A stretch of DNA of 64,000 nucleotides, taken from positions 1 to 64,000 of IMG/VR virus record IMGVR_UViG_3300007513_000984; one strand, written 5' to 3'. The notes beneath the pieces are model-generated. The model saw only the letters and a program-made list of their open reading frames with translations. It searched no databases and was not told the origin of the DNA. Of the stretch, positions 41,791 to 52,069 are shown piece after piece. The number at the start of each line of letters is the position of its first letter. The stretch's first letter is position 1. This stretch comes from a virus. Position numbers and translations under genes: made by a program.

Positions 41791-42381
41791 ATGCCAAATC
41801 TAGTACCAATGGTCGTAGACCAATCAACTAATGGAGAACGTAGTTACGATATTTTCTCTCGTTTATTAAAAGAAAGAGTCTTATTTTTGACTAATGATAT
41901 CAATGACTATCAGGCAGACTTAATCTGTGCCCAGTTATTATTCTTAGAAGCAGAAAACCAAGACAAAGATATACATTTTTACATCAATTCACCGGGTGGT
42001 GCAGTGACCTCTGGCATGGCAATTTACGATACAATGCAGTTTATTAAGTGTCCGGTAGCAACTACTGTGATGGGTCAAGCATGTTCAATGGGTTCATTAC
42101 TTGCTCAGGCTGGTGCTAAAGGAAAACGACATGTATTGCCAAACAGTCGCACTATGATACATCAACCAAGTGGTGGTGCAGGTGGACAAGCAACAGATAT
42201 GAAGATTCAAGTTGATGAGATTATGAAAATGAAGAAAAGATTAACTCAAATCTATGTAACTCATAATACTGCTGGAAAGAAATTCGATGAATTGACTGCG
42301 GCGATGGAACGTGATAATTACTTGGATGCTGAAGAAACAGTAGCATTTGGTCTAGCAGATAAAGTTATATCAAGTCGTTAA
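41791..42381 (+). CDS. clpP: ATP-dependent Clp protease proteolytic subunit
   Basis: [27 protein letters not shown] (Ser), MIHQP (His) and ERDNY (Asp). Confidence 0.97.
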   Translation: MPNLVPMVVDQSTNGERSYDIFSRLLKERVLFLTNDINDYQADLICAQLLFLEAENQDKDIHFYINSPGGAVTSGMAIYDTMQFIKCPVATTVMGQACSMGSLLAQAGAKGKRHVLPNSRTMIHQPSGGAGGQATDMKIQVDEIMKMKKRLTQIYVTHNTAGKKFDELTAAMERDNYLDAEETVAFGLADKVISSR

Positions 42382-43010
42382 AATCCCGGAACAAAACTAA
42401 ACAATTTAGCAGTTTTTATTTTTTGACTTGCTAGTGTTTCGTTTACTTTTCCGTTCTCTTTTATATTCTTTTGAATTTCGTCTGTTATTGAGTACCAGTC
42501 TTGTGCATTTATAAGTGCAACAATCGAACTATTTTCTATAGTGTCAATCCCCTCATTAAAGAAATGATACAATAATGCATCATAATGTGGTTGTGAAATT
42601 TTTACTTTAACGAATCTCTCTAATACATTACCAATATTTCTTAATTGTTTCTCTAAGATAAAATCTGCCATTCCTTTTGTTATCTTATTGGTTGTGATAT
42701 CTATTCTTGTAGACGAAACAGTAATATAACCATAATTTATCTCAGTATCAGATATTTTATAATTATATCCAACTATGTTATCTTTAACTGTGAGTGTGGG
42801 TTTATTATCTAATATAATTGCATCTTTGCTCATTGACGAGAATGTCAAATCTTTTATATCTACCATGTCTACTTTTACATGCGATAGTATATATGTAGGA
42901 TTACCATTCGTATGATATCCTGTTCCCAAAAATGTACCATTCTCAGTTATAACATGCAATGGTAACTGAATGTAATTTAGTAATGAACCTTTTCGTTTAT
43001 CATATATCAT
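42378..43010 (-). CDS. Degenerate GH24 lysozyme-like protein
   Basis: [21 protein letters not shown] resembles the GH24 motif VPLxQxQFDALVSFxYNxG; no catalytic Glu seen; directly downstream of the gp5-like spike. Confidence 0.5.
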   Translation of the reverse strand: MIYDKRKGSLLNYIQLPLHVITENGTFLGTGYHTNGNPTYILSHVKVDMVDIKDLTFSSMSKDAIILDNKPTLTVKDNIVGYNYKISDTEINYGYITVSSTRIDITTNKITKGMADFILEKQLRNIGNVLERFVKVKISQPHYDALLYHFFNEGIDTIENSSIVALINAQDWYSITDEIQKNIKENGKVNETLASQKIKTAKLFSFVPGF

Positions 43011-43022
43011 AGTCTAATATTC

Positions 43023-44306
43023 CTATCGATGTGGATTTCCAGAAGAACTTCTGGGCATCCCTGCTCTTGCTAAGCCGTTATCACTAGCAGAATCTATTGC
43101 AAATTGGCTTGTTGATAATTTTTTAGAATGAGGTCTAACAAAAGGTTCGTGTGTTGGCATTTCAGATACAATAGTATCTTTAACTATTGTACATGCTAAA
43201 TCTTGCATATCTGGATGTTCTGTAACTAGAATAAGTTCTGATTCTGGTGCAGTTGGACCATTCAAGTGCAATTTACCACCAGTTGTTACAATACCATTAA
43301 CTCCAACATTCACATTAAGAGTTGATTCAGTCTGTAACATTGTATTGCCTTTACTTCGTAAATGTATTTCTTTATCTGAATTAACTTTAGTATTTCCTTC
43401 GATGCTCTTAATATTGACGTTTTCTTTTGCTTCAAGATTTATATTTTTATCGGCTCGAACATTGAAGTCTTTCTCGGTTCTCATATTTAACGAGCCTTCT
43501 GCATATACCATAACTTCGCCACTTGCCCCAATCTCTACCCATCCAGAACCAGAACTGTTAACAACGTAAATAAAATCATTTCCGCCATCTAATATAACTC
43601 CAGCACCCGAAGAAGTTACTATTCTTATTTGCTCAGGATGAATTGTTCCATCTTCACCGACACTTCCATCATCTATAGAAAAAGAAGACCCACCTGATGA
43701 TTTAATTCCCATAACTTTAGAATGCTGTGTTCTGTCATATGCGGCATCTCTACGAGGAGTTGTAGTTGTTGTTCCTCTTAGAGTATCACTAAATGTTCCT
43801 TGGTCAGCAATTATCTTATTTGTTGGACTGTTTGGTAATGTTTCGGCATCCAGTTCTACATCGTGTTGGTCTTCTGGTGATTTCATTGTTGGTGTGTCAG
43901 CAAAAAGACCTTCACCCAAGCCACTTCCATCAACTTTACCTTTTCCAGAAGCACCACCACTAACTATGTCAACTATATCGGTTGATGTTGCGAACCAAAA
44001 TCCCTCTGTTAAGTTACCATTATCAGCGAAGAACACAAGAATTGTAGTGCCTGTTTTGTCTGGAACATTAAACAATGCACCTGTTTGTGCATGTCTAAAA
44101 TATCTTGGCTCGTCTGGACTATCTCCTAGTGCAGGAACATATGCGGCTATAATGCCTTGTCCTGTAGGGTCAATAAATTTCTCACCAAGTGAGTTTTCCG
44201 TAATAACAACAGCCTTGTATACTCCATTTCCTAGATGGCCAAGAACTTTTGATGAGTTCTTCTCTTTGTTAAGTGCATTTACTAATGAATTTCCTCTACC
44301 TGACAT
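43023..44306 (-). CDS. Baseplate hub/central spike, gp5/VgrG-like
   Basis: N-terminal OB-fold motif DPTGQG, C-terminal 8-residue beta-helix repeats (GSLNMRTEKDFNVRADKNINLEA) and PTHEPF. Confidence 0.75.
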   Translation of the reverse strand: MSGRGNSLVNALNKEKNSSKVLGHLGNGVYKAVVITENSLGEKFIDPTGQGIIAAYVPALGDSPDEPRYFRHAQTGALFNVPDKTGTTILVFFADNGNLTEGFWFATSTDIVDIVSGGASGKGKVDGSGLGEGLFADTPTMKSPEDQHDVELDAETLPNSPTNKIIADQGTFSDTLRGTTTTTPRRDAAYDRTQHSKVMGIKSSGGSSFSIDDGSVGEDGTIHPEQIRIVTSSGAGVILDGGNDFIYVVNSSGSGWVEIGASGEVMVYAEGSLNMRTEKDFNVRADKNINLEAKENVNIKSIEGNTKVNSDKEIHLRSKGNTMLQTESTLNVNVGVNGIVTTGGKLHLNGPTAPESELILVTEHPDMQDLACTIVKDTIVSEMPTHEPFVRPHSKKLSTSQFAIDSASDNGLARAGMPRSSSGNPHR

Positions 44307-44320
44307 ATTTTTCTCCTTTA

Positions 44321-47300
44321 TTACTTGTCGATATAAAATTTATCACCTGTTAATGTTAACATAAGCGACCCATCATTATCTTTAGGAAGTTTACCATCTA
44401 TAAGTTGGCTCTTTTGTCCTGATATGATATCTGGAAATAAATCTGCAACTTTTCCCATTAAAACATTATAGTCTTTTGCATATGATGGATTTATATCATT
44501 GTATGTAGTCGTATGTATGCCAAAATATGCACTAGGATTACTAATTGTTTGTGAGACTCCATTTGCATCAGTGTATGTAATTGGTCCAATGTTACTAAAG
44601 TCTTTAACTTGAATATTCTGTCCCAAATCGTCAGTCACAGTAGTCATGTCTCCATAATCACTACTAACTAATATTTGGTATATCTTTTTAGCCTCTCTAT
44701 ATTGGTCAACCTTATCAGGATTCTGCATTGCATATCGCCAACCAACACCTCCTACATAATCCTTGGAAAATCTTGAGTTTGTTAAACTTCCCGGTAATAT
44801 AATATCCGCAGTGTTAATGTCTGTTTTCACCAAGATTGGTGCTTGGTCGACCTCAATTTGGTCAACTGGATTTTTTATTGGAATATAAGTTGTATCTCCA
44901 TTAGAATCTACCATAGTTGCCACATTAGTCATATTTTCTGCTGGTAGAGTAAGGTCCTTTATTGCCATCTGTAATTCAAGTTCTTCTAGATTTTTAATTT
45001 CTACATCTCGATGTGTACTATCAAAATAATATCCATCTAGATTTGTGTTGGATAGAGTTGCGTCTGCTGATAAGGTCGCTAATTCATGTTGAAGTTTACC
45101 AACATGTACAGCCGAAGTCAAGTCACTACGATGACTTCCATCTGTTGCTGATGAATTGATAGCATTGATATCGTTAACTAAACCAGTGGCTTTTTGATAC
45201 TCGTCATCAGTAAGTCCATCTAACATTACAGAAGAATTAATTTTGTCCGCTAACGCATTTTTTATTAAAACCTTATCTGTAACATTAAGAACTAATTCTT
45301 TAATATCTAACTGATTATTAAGCATTTCATTTGCATTATCTGTCCATAGATATTGTTCCGCAAGTAATTCGGGTATTAATCCAGCACCATGCTGGTCTCT
45401 TAATGAGCCGGCAAATATAATCTCATCAAGTTCATCAACTTTAGAATTTATTGCACTTACTTCATCATCAGTTAGAGTACCTTCTTTAATTCCTGTACAT
45501 TCTAGTCTTCTTGTATCTGGATTAAATTTTTCTTTAGGACAAGACTCGTCTGTTATTTCATTAACTTTTTCTTTAAACCAATAAGTATTTTTCCAATCGT
45601 TGTTTGAATTTGGATATCTTATTTGGTCGTCATATGCTTTTTTCTCATCCCACGTTTTAGCATCTGTATTAATATTTACATCTTCTGTTTCTTCGACATT
45701 AAGTAGCGATTCGCCAGACAAAATAGCATTGTCTAGACTTGCTCCCAATGGTAGAGAACTAAAATGATACGTTGGTGTTCTTTCGTTTGTATAATCTCTG
45801 ATTATTCGTTCTATATCTTCTGGGTCATGTCCTGTAATGTTAAGAGGAATTCCAGCAGTATGTTGCAACATTGCAACTTCATATTGACTTACGACTGCCC
45901 CACCGGCTATTGCATTATTAATCGCATTGTTCATTGTCGTTGCTGTTGATAACTTTCCTATATCATCCGTGGTTAGTCCAAACGGTGCTAATATATCATT
46001 CTTAGAATTTTCTAATTGGTCACAAACACTTTGATTTCCGCCTTCGCATTGTTTTTTTATCCCTTTAACTTTTTCCATATAATGCGCCGCCTCTGCTTGT
46101 CTAATAATTCCATCGTTAGTGTAGTTAATTACTGGAGGATTTCCTGCAACCATATTGGTGGTATTGGTTTTAATACTCTCTGTTTTGTTATCTAACTTTT
46201 CATTTTCTTTTTCAATTTGCGCCGCTCTCATTTCTCCTAATGATTTTATGATATAATCTTTAATCTTCACTATTACCGGTTCGCCACTGTGCAACCCAAT
46301 ATGTTCGTTAATTATTTTGTTCGTTTCTACGATTTCTATAGGACCGGTTGCTTCTGAATCAATGATAGGCTCTCCGTCGTGTATATTAGGATAGTTCCTA
46401 TCATCTACTTCATGCACTTTAACTTTGGTAGTCTCAGATGGAAAATGTTCTGCTTCAGGAACTTTTACCAGATGTAATGACTGTTGAAACACACCGTTGC
46501 TAAAAGTACTTGTTATTGTGGTGACTATGTATAAACTAAAAACCATAGTTCTAGTCATCATGTTTTCATTTTCGTCAACACCCTTTGCTATTCCAGATTT
46601 CAGTATTAGATGTGGGAACCCATTTATGTTAGTTACCTCATGAAACTCTTTCGAGGAACCGTTATTACCAAAAATCTTTTTCTTGCTTTGTGGTGGCGAG
46701 TTTCCTTCTAACCAAAAAGGGTCACCCTTAATAGTCATGTCTGCTTTGTTCATACTCAGTCTTCCACCTTTTGCTTCGTAATATTTCTCTCTTGCCATTG
46801 TAATATGTGCCTTATCTTCGGATGTTGTGCTAGAGGTCAAAGTTACTTGGCTTTTATTAGTGACATTATCAGCAGTATTTCCAACTAATCTTCTAAATGT
46901 AATTGGATTGCTTGCCTGTGATGCAAGTATAGTTTCGAAATCTCCATTAGATAGTTTACTAATGAAGTCTCTATCTAGATTTTCTGCAAGTATCAAGTTT
47001 TTTCCATTAGATATAACTGTCTTCATCTTAATATTCTCAAATACTGCTTGTCCTGCCTGGCTAAGTCCTGATTCAATCTTGTTATTGATTTTCGTAGCCA
47101 TTATATCATTAAGTTGGTCTGTATATTCACTTCTGCTCTCATTGAATGCAGTATCGCTTTTTTTCTGTTTTTCAGCCAACTCTGCAATCGTATCTTTCAG
47201 GCTTTCTCTATCCTTCAGCCTTGCTCCATAATTAATCTCTTTCTTCACGTCACTAAATGGGTCGGCTGCCTCTGCCTCTAGTCTGGCATTCTTTGCATCT

Positions 47301-49009
47301 CTTTCACGATTTATAACAGCCCTAGGATGTTGTGATAATTTTTTAGATTTTGTTACAACTACATCATCAATTGGGTCACCAATATATTTTAGAAGTTGGT
47401 CCAACGTCATATTTTCAACTTTTTGAGCCTCAAATCTATTCCCTTTACCAATAGCATTGATGATATCAAGCCTTAATGATTCTTCTGCATTTTTAAGGTT
47501 AGCAATAGCACTCTTACTATTATTTGAGTCTCTTTGAAATATCTCATGGTCATCTTTAAGTTCTTTCCCAACAGCATCCATCATTTTCTTTTCTTCTTCA
47601 TTTAGATTTAAGCCTTCCAATCCTCCTTTTTTGAAATATTCATAGGCATACAAATCTTCTGGTTCTGAGTATATTTTTGTTAACTCAGCATCTAGTGAGA
47701 TATTAAAATCTAATATTTGGTCATTATTTCCAGTGAATAGATAATCATATTTTTTATTTACATGTCCAGTATCAAATATTCCTTGGACTATATCCTTTGC
47801 GTTTCTCATCTTGTTGAATTTATCTGCCATGTTATGATACACTAGTTTCTTTTCATAGTCTATATAAAATAAAACATCATATGCTTGTGTTCCTTTTACT
47901 GGATTATATCCTCCAATTTTCATAGCCAAATGTGGAGTAATTTTAGGAAGTTTTGACATACTTGGCTTATTTTCTCTTGCTTCTTTTTTAAGACCCTCAG
48001 AATGAAAACATATTTCTTCTAATATCGTGTAGATATGACTACCGGCCACATTGCCCCCTACATGTCTACCTGCTTCGAATTTTGTATTTATTTTTGCCTT
48101 ATCTGTATCTGCTTTTTCAAGGTTTGCTACTCTTGATTCTATAGTTCCAACACTAGTTTTCTTATCATCCTTGGTTTTGGTGGTTTTAATATAATAAAGT
48201 CCTTCACCTTTCATACTACCTGCAGTTAATCCATCTTTTTTCATCTGTTCAGAAAATTCATAACTATATGTGTGTTTCATTTCTGATTTAAGCATTGTAT
48301 TTTTATCACCAATCTGTTTGTTTAATGCCGTAAAGAAGTTGTTTAAAGTATCCTCTAGAGTATCACCAATGGGATATTCAAAGGGATGCTCAATGAGTGA
48401 AACATCACTATCCATTACAACTTTATCAGCAGGTACTTGACCACTAAGTACTGTAGTTGTTCCTCTTGCGTCTGAAGTGGTGTTTAATTGTTGATAGTCT
48501 ATAAGTTTAAATGGTATAACTTTTGTTTGGTTGATTTTTGTTTCTACGCCATCTGCATTATGACCTACGAAATTGATTTTAATAAAATACTCAGCATTAC
48601 CAATTCCAGTAAATCCACATAGTGCAACTACGTTTTGCAAACTATCTGATAGACTTGTGTTTCCAACTTGTGTTACAGTGAAATTTACTCTGTATGCCGT
48701 TCCAGCAATCTTGCTGTAATCGCCATTGCCCACACCTACAGAATCTACTGTTAAGTCAGTTATATTGAACTCAGTGGTAACTCCAGTTTTTGCTATTGTT
48801 ATATAGTTGTCACTATCTCCTGGCCAAGCATTTGTAATAATGTCACTCATGTCAAAGGCTTCACCTAAAGAGAATTTTCTCGTTGCTTCACGGTCACATA
48901 CAAACCACTCTAAGGTGTAGGTGTAGGAATCAAATACATCAAGGGGGTTTTCAATGAATGTGTGACTATCTACGAGGTCTTTTAGGTAAGTCGTTGCAGT
49001 ATTATCCAT
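44321..49009 (-). CDS. Large baseplate hub-like protein with a long C-terminal extension
   Basis: NPLDVFDSYTY, YDYLFTG.NDQILDF, TIKGDPFWL and STFSNGVFQQSL; lies between the gp53-like and gp5-like genes. Confidence 0.55.
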   Translation of the reverse strand: MDNTATTYLKDLVDSHTFIENPLDVFDSYTYTLEWFVCDREATRKFSLGEAFDMSDIITNAWPGDSDNYITIAKTGVTTEFNITDLTVDSVGVGNGDYSKIAGTAYRVNFTVTQVGNTSLSDSLQNVVALCGFTGIGNAEYFIKINFVGHNADGVETKINQTKVIPFKLIDYQQLNTTSDARGTTTVLSGQVPADKVVMDSDVSLIEHPFEYPIGDTLEDTLNNFFTALNKQIGDKNTMLKSEMKHTYSYEFSEQMKKDGLTAGSMKGEGLYYIKTTKTKDDKKTSVGTIESRVANLEKADTDKAKINTKFEAGRHVGGNVAGSHIYTILEEICFHSEGLKKEARENKPSMSKLPKITPHLAMKIGGYNPVKGTQAYDVLFYIDYEKKLVYHNMADKFNKMRNAKDIVQGIFDTGHVNKKYDYLFTGNNDQILDFNISLDAELTKIYSEPEDLYAYEYFKKGGLEGLNLNEEEKKMMDAVGKELKDDHEIFQRDSNNSKSAIANLKNAEESLRLDIINAIGKGNRFEAQKVENMTLDQLLKYIGDPIDDVVVTKSKKLSQHPRAVINRERDAKNARLEAEAADPFSDVKKEINYGARLKDRESLKDTIAELAEKQKKSDTAFNESRSEYTDQLNDIMATKINNKIESGLSQAGQAVFENIKMKTVISNGKNLILAENLDRDFISKLSNGDFETILASQASNPITFRRLVGNTADNVTNKSQVTLTSSTTSEDKAHITMAREKYYEAKGGRLSMNKADMTIKGDPFWLEGNSPPQSKKKIFGNNGSSKEFHEVTNINGFPHLILKSGIAKGVDENENMMTRTMVFSLYIVTTITSTFSNGVFQQSLHLVKVPEAEHFPSETTKVKVHEVDDRNYPNIHDGEPIIDSEATGPIEIVETNKIINEHIGLHSGEPVIVKIKDYIIKSLGEMRAAQIEKENEKLDNKTESIKTNTTNMVAGNPPVINYTNDGIIRQAEAAHYMEKVKGIKKQCEGGNQSVCDQLENSKNDILAPFGLTTDDIGKLSTATTMNNAINNAIAGGAVVSQYEVAMLQHTAGIPLNITGHDPEDIERIIRDYTNERTPTYHFSSLPLGASLDNAILSGESLLNVEETEDVNINTDAKTWDEKKAYDDQIRYPNSNNDWKNTYWFKEKVNEITDESCPKEKFNPDTRRLECTGIKEGTLTDDEVSAINSKVDELDEIIFAGSLRDQHGAGLIPELLAEQYLWTDNANEMLNNQLDIKELVLNVTDKVLIKNALADKINSSVMLDGLTDDEYQKATGLVNDINAINSSATDGSHRSDLTSAVHVGKLQHELATLSADATLSNTNLDGYYFDSTHRDVEIKNLEELELQMAIKDLTLPAENMTNVATMVDSNGDTTYIPIKNPVDQIEVDQAPILVKTDINTADIILPGSLTNSRFSKDYVGGVGWRYAMQNPDKVDQYREAKKIYQILVSSDYGDMTTVTDDLGQNIQVKDFSNIGPITYTDANGVSQTISNPSAYFGIHTTTYNDINPSYAKDYNVLMGKVADLFPDIISGQKSQLIDGKLPKDNDGSLMLTLTGDKFYIDK

Positions 49010-49013
49010 TGTT

Positions 49014-49304
49014 TTACGCCATGTTACTAATATTATCTTTGCTTGGAATTTTTATTATTTTTCCTGCAGAAAAATCTCTAATAGGGTCAATTATAATGTC
49101 TGGATTTCTAGTAGCAAATACCCACCAATACTTTGCAGTATCATACATCTCATAACTGCACAAGTCTGGACGTTCGTCAAATTCTTGAGGTATAGTGTAA
49201 CTTTCATCGTATGGGTCTCTATAGATAAACCTCTTTTTCATTATATCTAGTACAGTATCGTCTATGATTGCTGTTCTATTCCATGGTGATTCTTCTTTAT
49301 ACAT
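49014..49304 (-). CDS. Baseplate wedge gp53-like LysM-type protein
   Basis: ERPDLCSYEMY...YWWVFA..N...IKIP. Confidence 0.8.
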   Translation of the reverse strand: MYKEESPWNRTAIIDDTVLDIMKKRFIYRDPYDESYTIPQEFDERPDLCSYEMYDTAKYWWVFATRNPDIIIDPIRDFSAGKIIKIPSKDNISNMA

Positions 49305-49318
49305 ATCTTTAGTCCTTT

Positions 49319-50035
49319 TTATACATAACCTTTATTCTTTAAGTTACCCTTAAGATAATCTTTAACACTAAAGTGTTCTCTTATACTCTTAGGTGAGTGT
49401 GTGACTTGTAATGTCAGTACAAACATATTCGTAACTGGTACTCTTATTATTTTTAATTTCTTCAGAAATTGTCCTCTTTCATCTTTAGGATTAAACCAAA
49501 ATGGTGTCGGGTCTGGTATTTCTAGATAATCTATATCTGAATCTAGGTTCCAAGTAAAGTCACGAATAACACAAGGTACATCTTCATATATTCCGTGTGC
49601 GTTAAATCGCAATATCGGTGGTGGCATACCAGGATTATCGTCTTTCAACCAGGACATTTTCATTGTACTTCTAATCCACACTGATGCTCTGTATACATAT
49701 TCGGCTTCTGCAATATCTCTCACAATCATTGGTGCGGTTATGTTGATTTCCATATTTGTATGGCTCTCAAAGGCACGTTGTTGAAAGTTACTATGAGTCA
49801 TGACATACTCTCCATAGTTTGCACTATTGATTATAGAAGTAGTGGGCGTATACGGAAAATTAAGTCTTGTTTTTCTCAACTTCTTCTTTGCTTCTTGAGT
49901 AGTATATCTACCTTGGGGACCTTCATAATCTTCGAACTTGTCTAGACGTTCTTCTGCATACGGTAAGATATTGTCGAATCTACCACTAGGGTCTTCTAAG
50001 TATACTGGTTGTTTTGTATAATATGGACTTGCCAT
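49319..50035 (-). CDS. Tail tube initiator/baseplate-tube junction protein (gp48/gp54-like)
   Basis: FPYTP, PPPILRFNAHG and VPCVIRDF; baseplate context. Confidence 0.6.
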   Translation of the reverse strand: MASPYYTKQPVYLEDPSGRFDNILPYAEERLDKFEDYEGPQGRYTTQEAKKKLRKTRLNFPYTPTTSIINSANYGEYVMTHSNFQQRAFESHTNMEINITAPMIVRDIAEAEYVYRASVWIRSTMKMSWLKDDNPGMPPPILRFNAHGIYEDVPCVIRDFTWNLDSDIDYLEIPDPTPFWFNPKDERGQFLKKLKIIRVPVTNMFVLTLQVTHSPKSIREHFSVKDYLKGNLKNKGYV

Positions 50036-50063
50036 GTCTTTTACTCCTAAATCATTATAACAG

Positions 50064-50092
50064 TATTTATCGTTGTATTATATGCGAAGTTT
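50064..50092 (-). promoter_or_regulatory. Late promoter with an upstream AAACTTCG element
   Basis: Minus strand reads AAACTTCG-N14-ATAAATA. Confidence 0.55.
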
Positions 50093-50132
50093 CTGGTCCA
50101 GTAACTTTTTACTATATATAGTGTTTATATGC

Positions 50133-50162
50133 TTGACAACCGTCAAGTTTTTATGTTATAAT
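50133..50162 (+). promoter_or_regulatory. Sigma70-type promoter of the gp55-47-46 operon
   Basis: TTGACA-18 bp-TATAAT with TGn. The -35 sits in the inverted repeat CTTGAC-aacc-GTCAAG. Confidence 0.75.
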
Positions 50163-50187
50163 TGTTGTAAGATTAGGAGAATAAACT

Positions 50188-51057
50188 ATGGCAAGACGAC
50201 AAAACTACTTAAATAACAAGGATATGTTGAAACAGATACATATCTCTAAGTCAAACTATTGTTGGTTTGAAGATAGAGATAAACATCACCAGCATGATAT
50301 GATACTGTATTCAACTAACGAAATCCCTGATGCGGTAGAACAAGCAAGACAAAATAAAGCAAAACGTTTACAGAAATTGGCTTGGGATGCTAATGAGGAT
50401 AGAAAGAAGAAACAGGTAGATTTTGAAGTTGACCCTGCTTCTTTCACGGAAGACGAGATTATATTTCGTGTAATGGGATTCGACCACATACCCGATGAAC
50501 CAGGTCGTAAAGCAAACCCAAAGACACCAGCAGACCATAAGGTAAAATTACCATTTCCTGCATTCAAACACTATACTTATGCAGACGAGAAAATCAATGA
50601 AGTGGGGATTTCACATTACAACAAAGAGAAAGAATTTGATTTAAGTGCTGGTAAAATCACAGCCGTATTGGCAACGATGTATATCAAACTAGTAGAAAGA
50701 TACTCTCAGAGGTCAAACTGGCGAGGATACACATATATTGATGAAATGAGAGGACAAGCATTGCTCCAATTAGCACAAATTGGACTACAATTTAACGAAG
50801 ACAAGAGTGATAATCCATTTGCTTACTACACAACGGTAGTAAACAATTCGTTCACTCGTGTACTTAATATAGAAAAGAAAAATCAAGGCATTCGTGATGA
50901 CTTGCTGGAAAAAGCAGGCCAGGCACCAAGTTGGACAAGACAACTTGCACACGAAATGAAATCTCAGGAGCGTTGGCAGAAAGTCGTAAAAACAAAAATT
51001 ACAGACGATGCTATTCCAACAGAAACCATTAAAGAGATTTATGCCGACAATGACTAA
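50188..51057 (+). CDS. Late-transcription sigma factor, T4 gp55-like (elongated)
   Basis: YLNNKDML, NWRGYTYIDEM and FNEDKSDNPFAYYT; upstream of gp47/gp46 as in T4-like phages. Confidence 0.85.
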   Translation: MARRQNYLNNKDMLKQIHISKSNYCWFEDRDKHHQHDMILYSTNEIPDAVEQARQNKAKRLQKLAWDANEDRKKKQVDFEVDPASFTEDEIIFRVMGFDHIPDEPGRKANPKTPADHKVKLPFPAFKHYTYADEKINEVGISHYNKEKEFDLSAGKITAVLATMYIKLVERYSQRSNWRGYTYIDEMRGQALLQLAQIGLQFNEDKSDNPFAYYTTVVNNSFTRVLNIEKKNQGIRDDLLEKAGQAPSWTRQLAHEMKSQERWQKVVKTKITDDAIPTETIKEIYADND

Positions 51058-52069
51058 TAACCTATTTAAGAAAGCCGCTTGTTTTACAGATATCCATTGG
51101 GGTATGAAGAACAACGCAAAACAACATAATGAGGATTGTTTAGATTTCATTGATTGGTTTATCGAGGACGCAAAGAAAAGAGATTGTGAAACTTGTATAT
51201 TCTTAGGCGATTGGCACCACAACAGGTCAAGTCTAAACATATCAACGATGAAATATAGTCTTGCTGGTCTACGTAGACTAAGCAAAGCATTCAATAAAGT
51301 TTATGTCATCTTGGGCAATCACGACCTATTCTACCGTGAAACACGTGATGTGAATTCTATGGAATTCATTGACGACCTTCCTAATGTGGTCTTAGTCAGA
51401 GATACACTAGTCGAGGGTAATGTTGGTATTGTTCCATGGTTAGTCGGTGACGAATGGAAGAAAATTCCCAGATTAGAATCAAAATACATCTTTGCTCATT
51501 TAGAGTTACCTACATTTCAACTCAATGCAATGATAGAAATGCCAGACACCGGTGGGTTAAAAGGCAATATGTTCAAGAATCAAGATTATGTATTCACTGG
51601 ACACTTTCATAAACGTCAAGTAAAAGATAACGTAATTTATATTGGTAATGCGTTTCCTCACAACTTCTCAGACAACTGGGATGATGATAGAGGATGGATG
51701 TACTTAGAGTGGGATAAAGAACCAGAGTTCTTCACTTGGAAAGATGCACCAAAGTACAGAACAATAGCACTATCAACGTTATTAGATGCACCAGATGAAT
51801 ATCTATTACCTAAAACAAATGTAAAGATAACACTAGATATTGATATTTCTTACGAAGAAGCAAATTTTATTAAGGATACATTTGTAGAAACATACAAGTT
51901 ACGAGATGTAACATTAGTACCACTCAAAAGCAATGAACACGAAAACGATACTGGTGCTGAAATACATTTTGAAACAATAGATGAAATTGTCGTTTCGCAG
52001 TTAGCATCATTAGATGATAATGGTAGTTTTGACAAAAATGTACTTATTGAGATTTATAATAATTTATGA
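51050..52069 (+). CDS. Recombination endonuclease subunit gp47 (Mre11/SbcD-like)
   Basis: DIHWG, LGDWHH, GNHD and GHFH metallophosphoesterase motifs. The start may be 51041 or 51050. Confidence 0.92.
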   Translation: MTNNLFKKAACFTDIHWGMKNNAKQHNEDCLDFIDWFIEDAKKRDCETCIFLGDWHHNRSSLNISTMKYSLAGLRRLSKAFNKVYVILGNHDLFYRETRDVNSMEFIDDLPNVVLVRDTLVEGNVGIVPWLVGDEWKKIPRLESKYIFAHLELPTFQLNAMIEMPDTGGLKGNMFKNQDYVFTGHFHKRQVKDNVIYIGNAFPHNFSDNWDDDRGWMYLEWDKEPEFFTWKDAPKYRTIALSTLLDAPDEYLLPKTNVKITLDIDISYEEANFIKDTFVETYKLRDVTLVPLKSNEHENDTGAEIHFETIDEIVVSQLASLDDNGSFDKNVLIEIYNNL

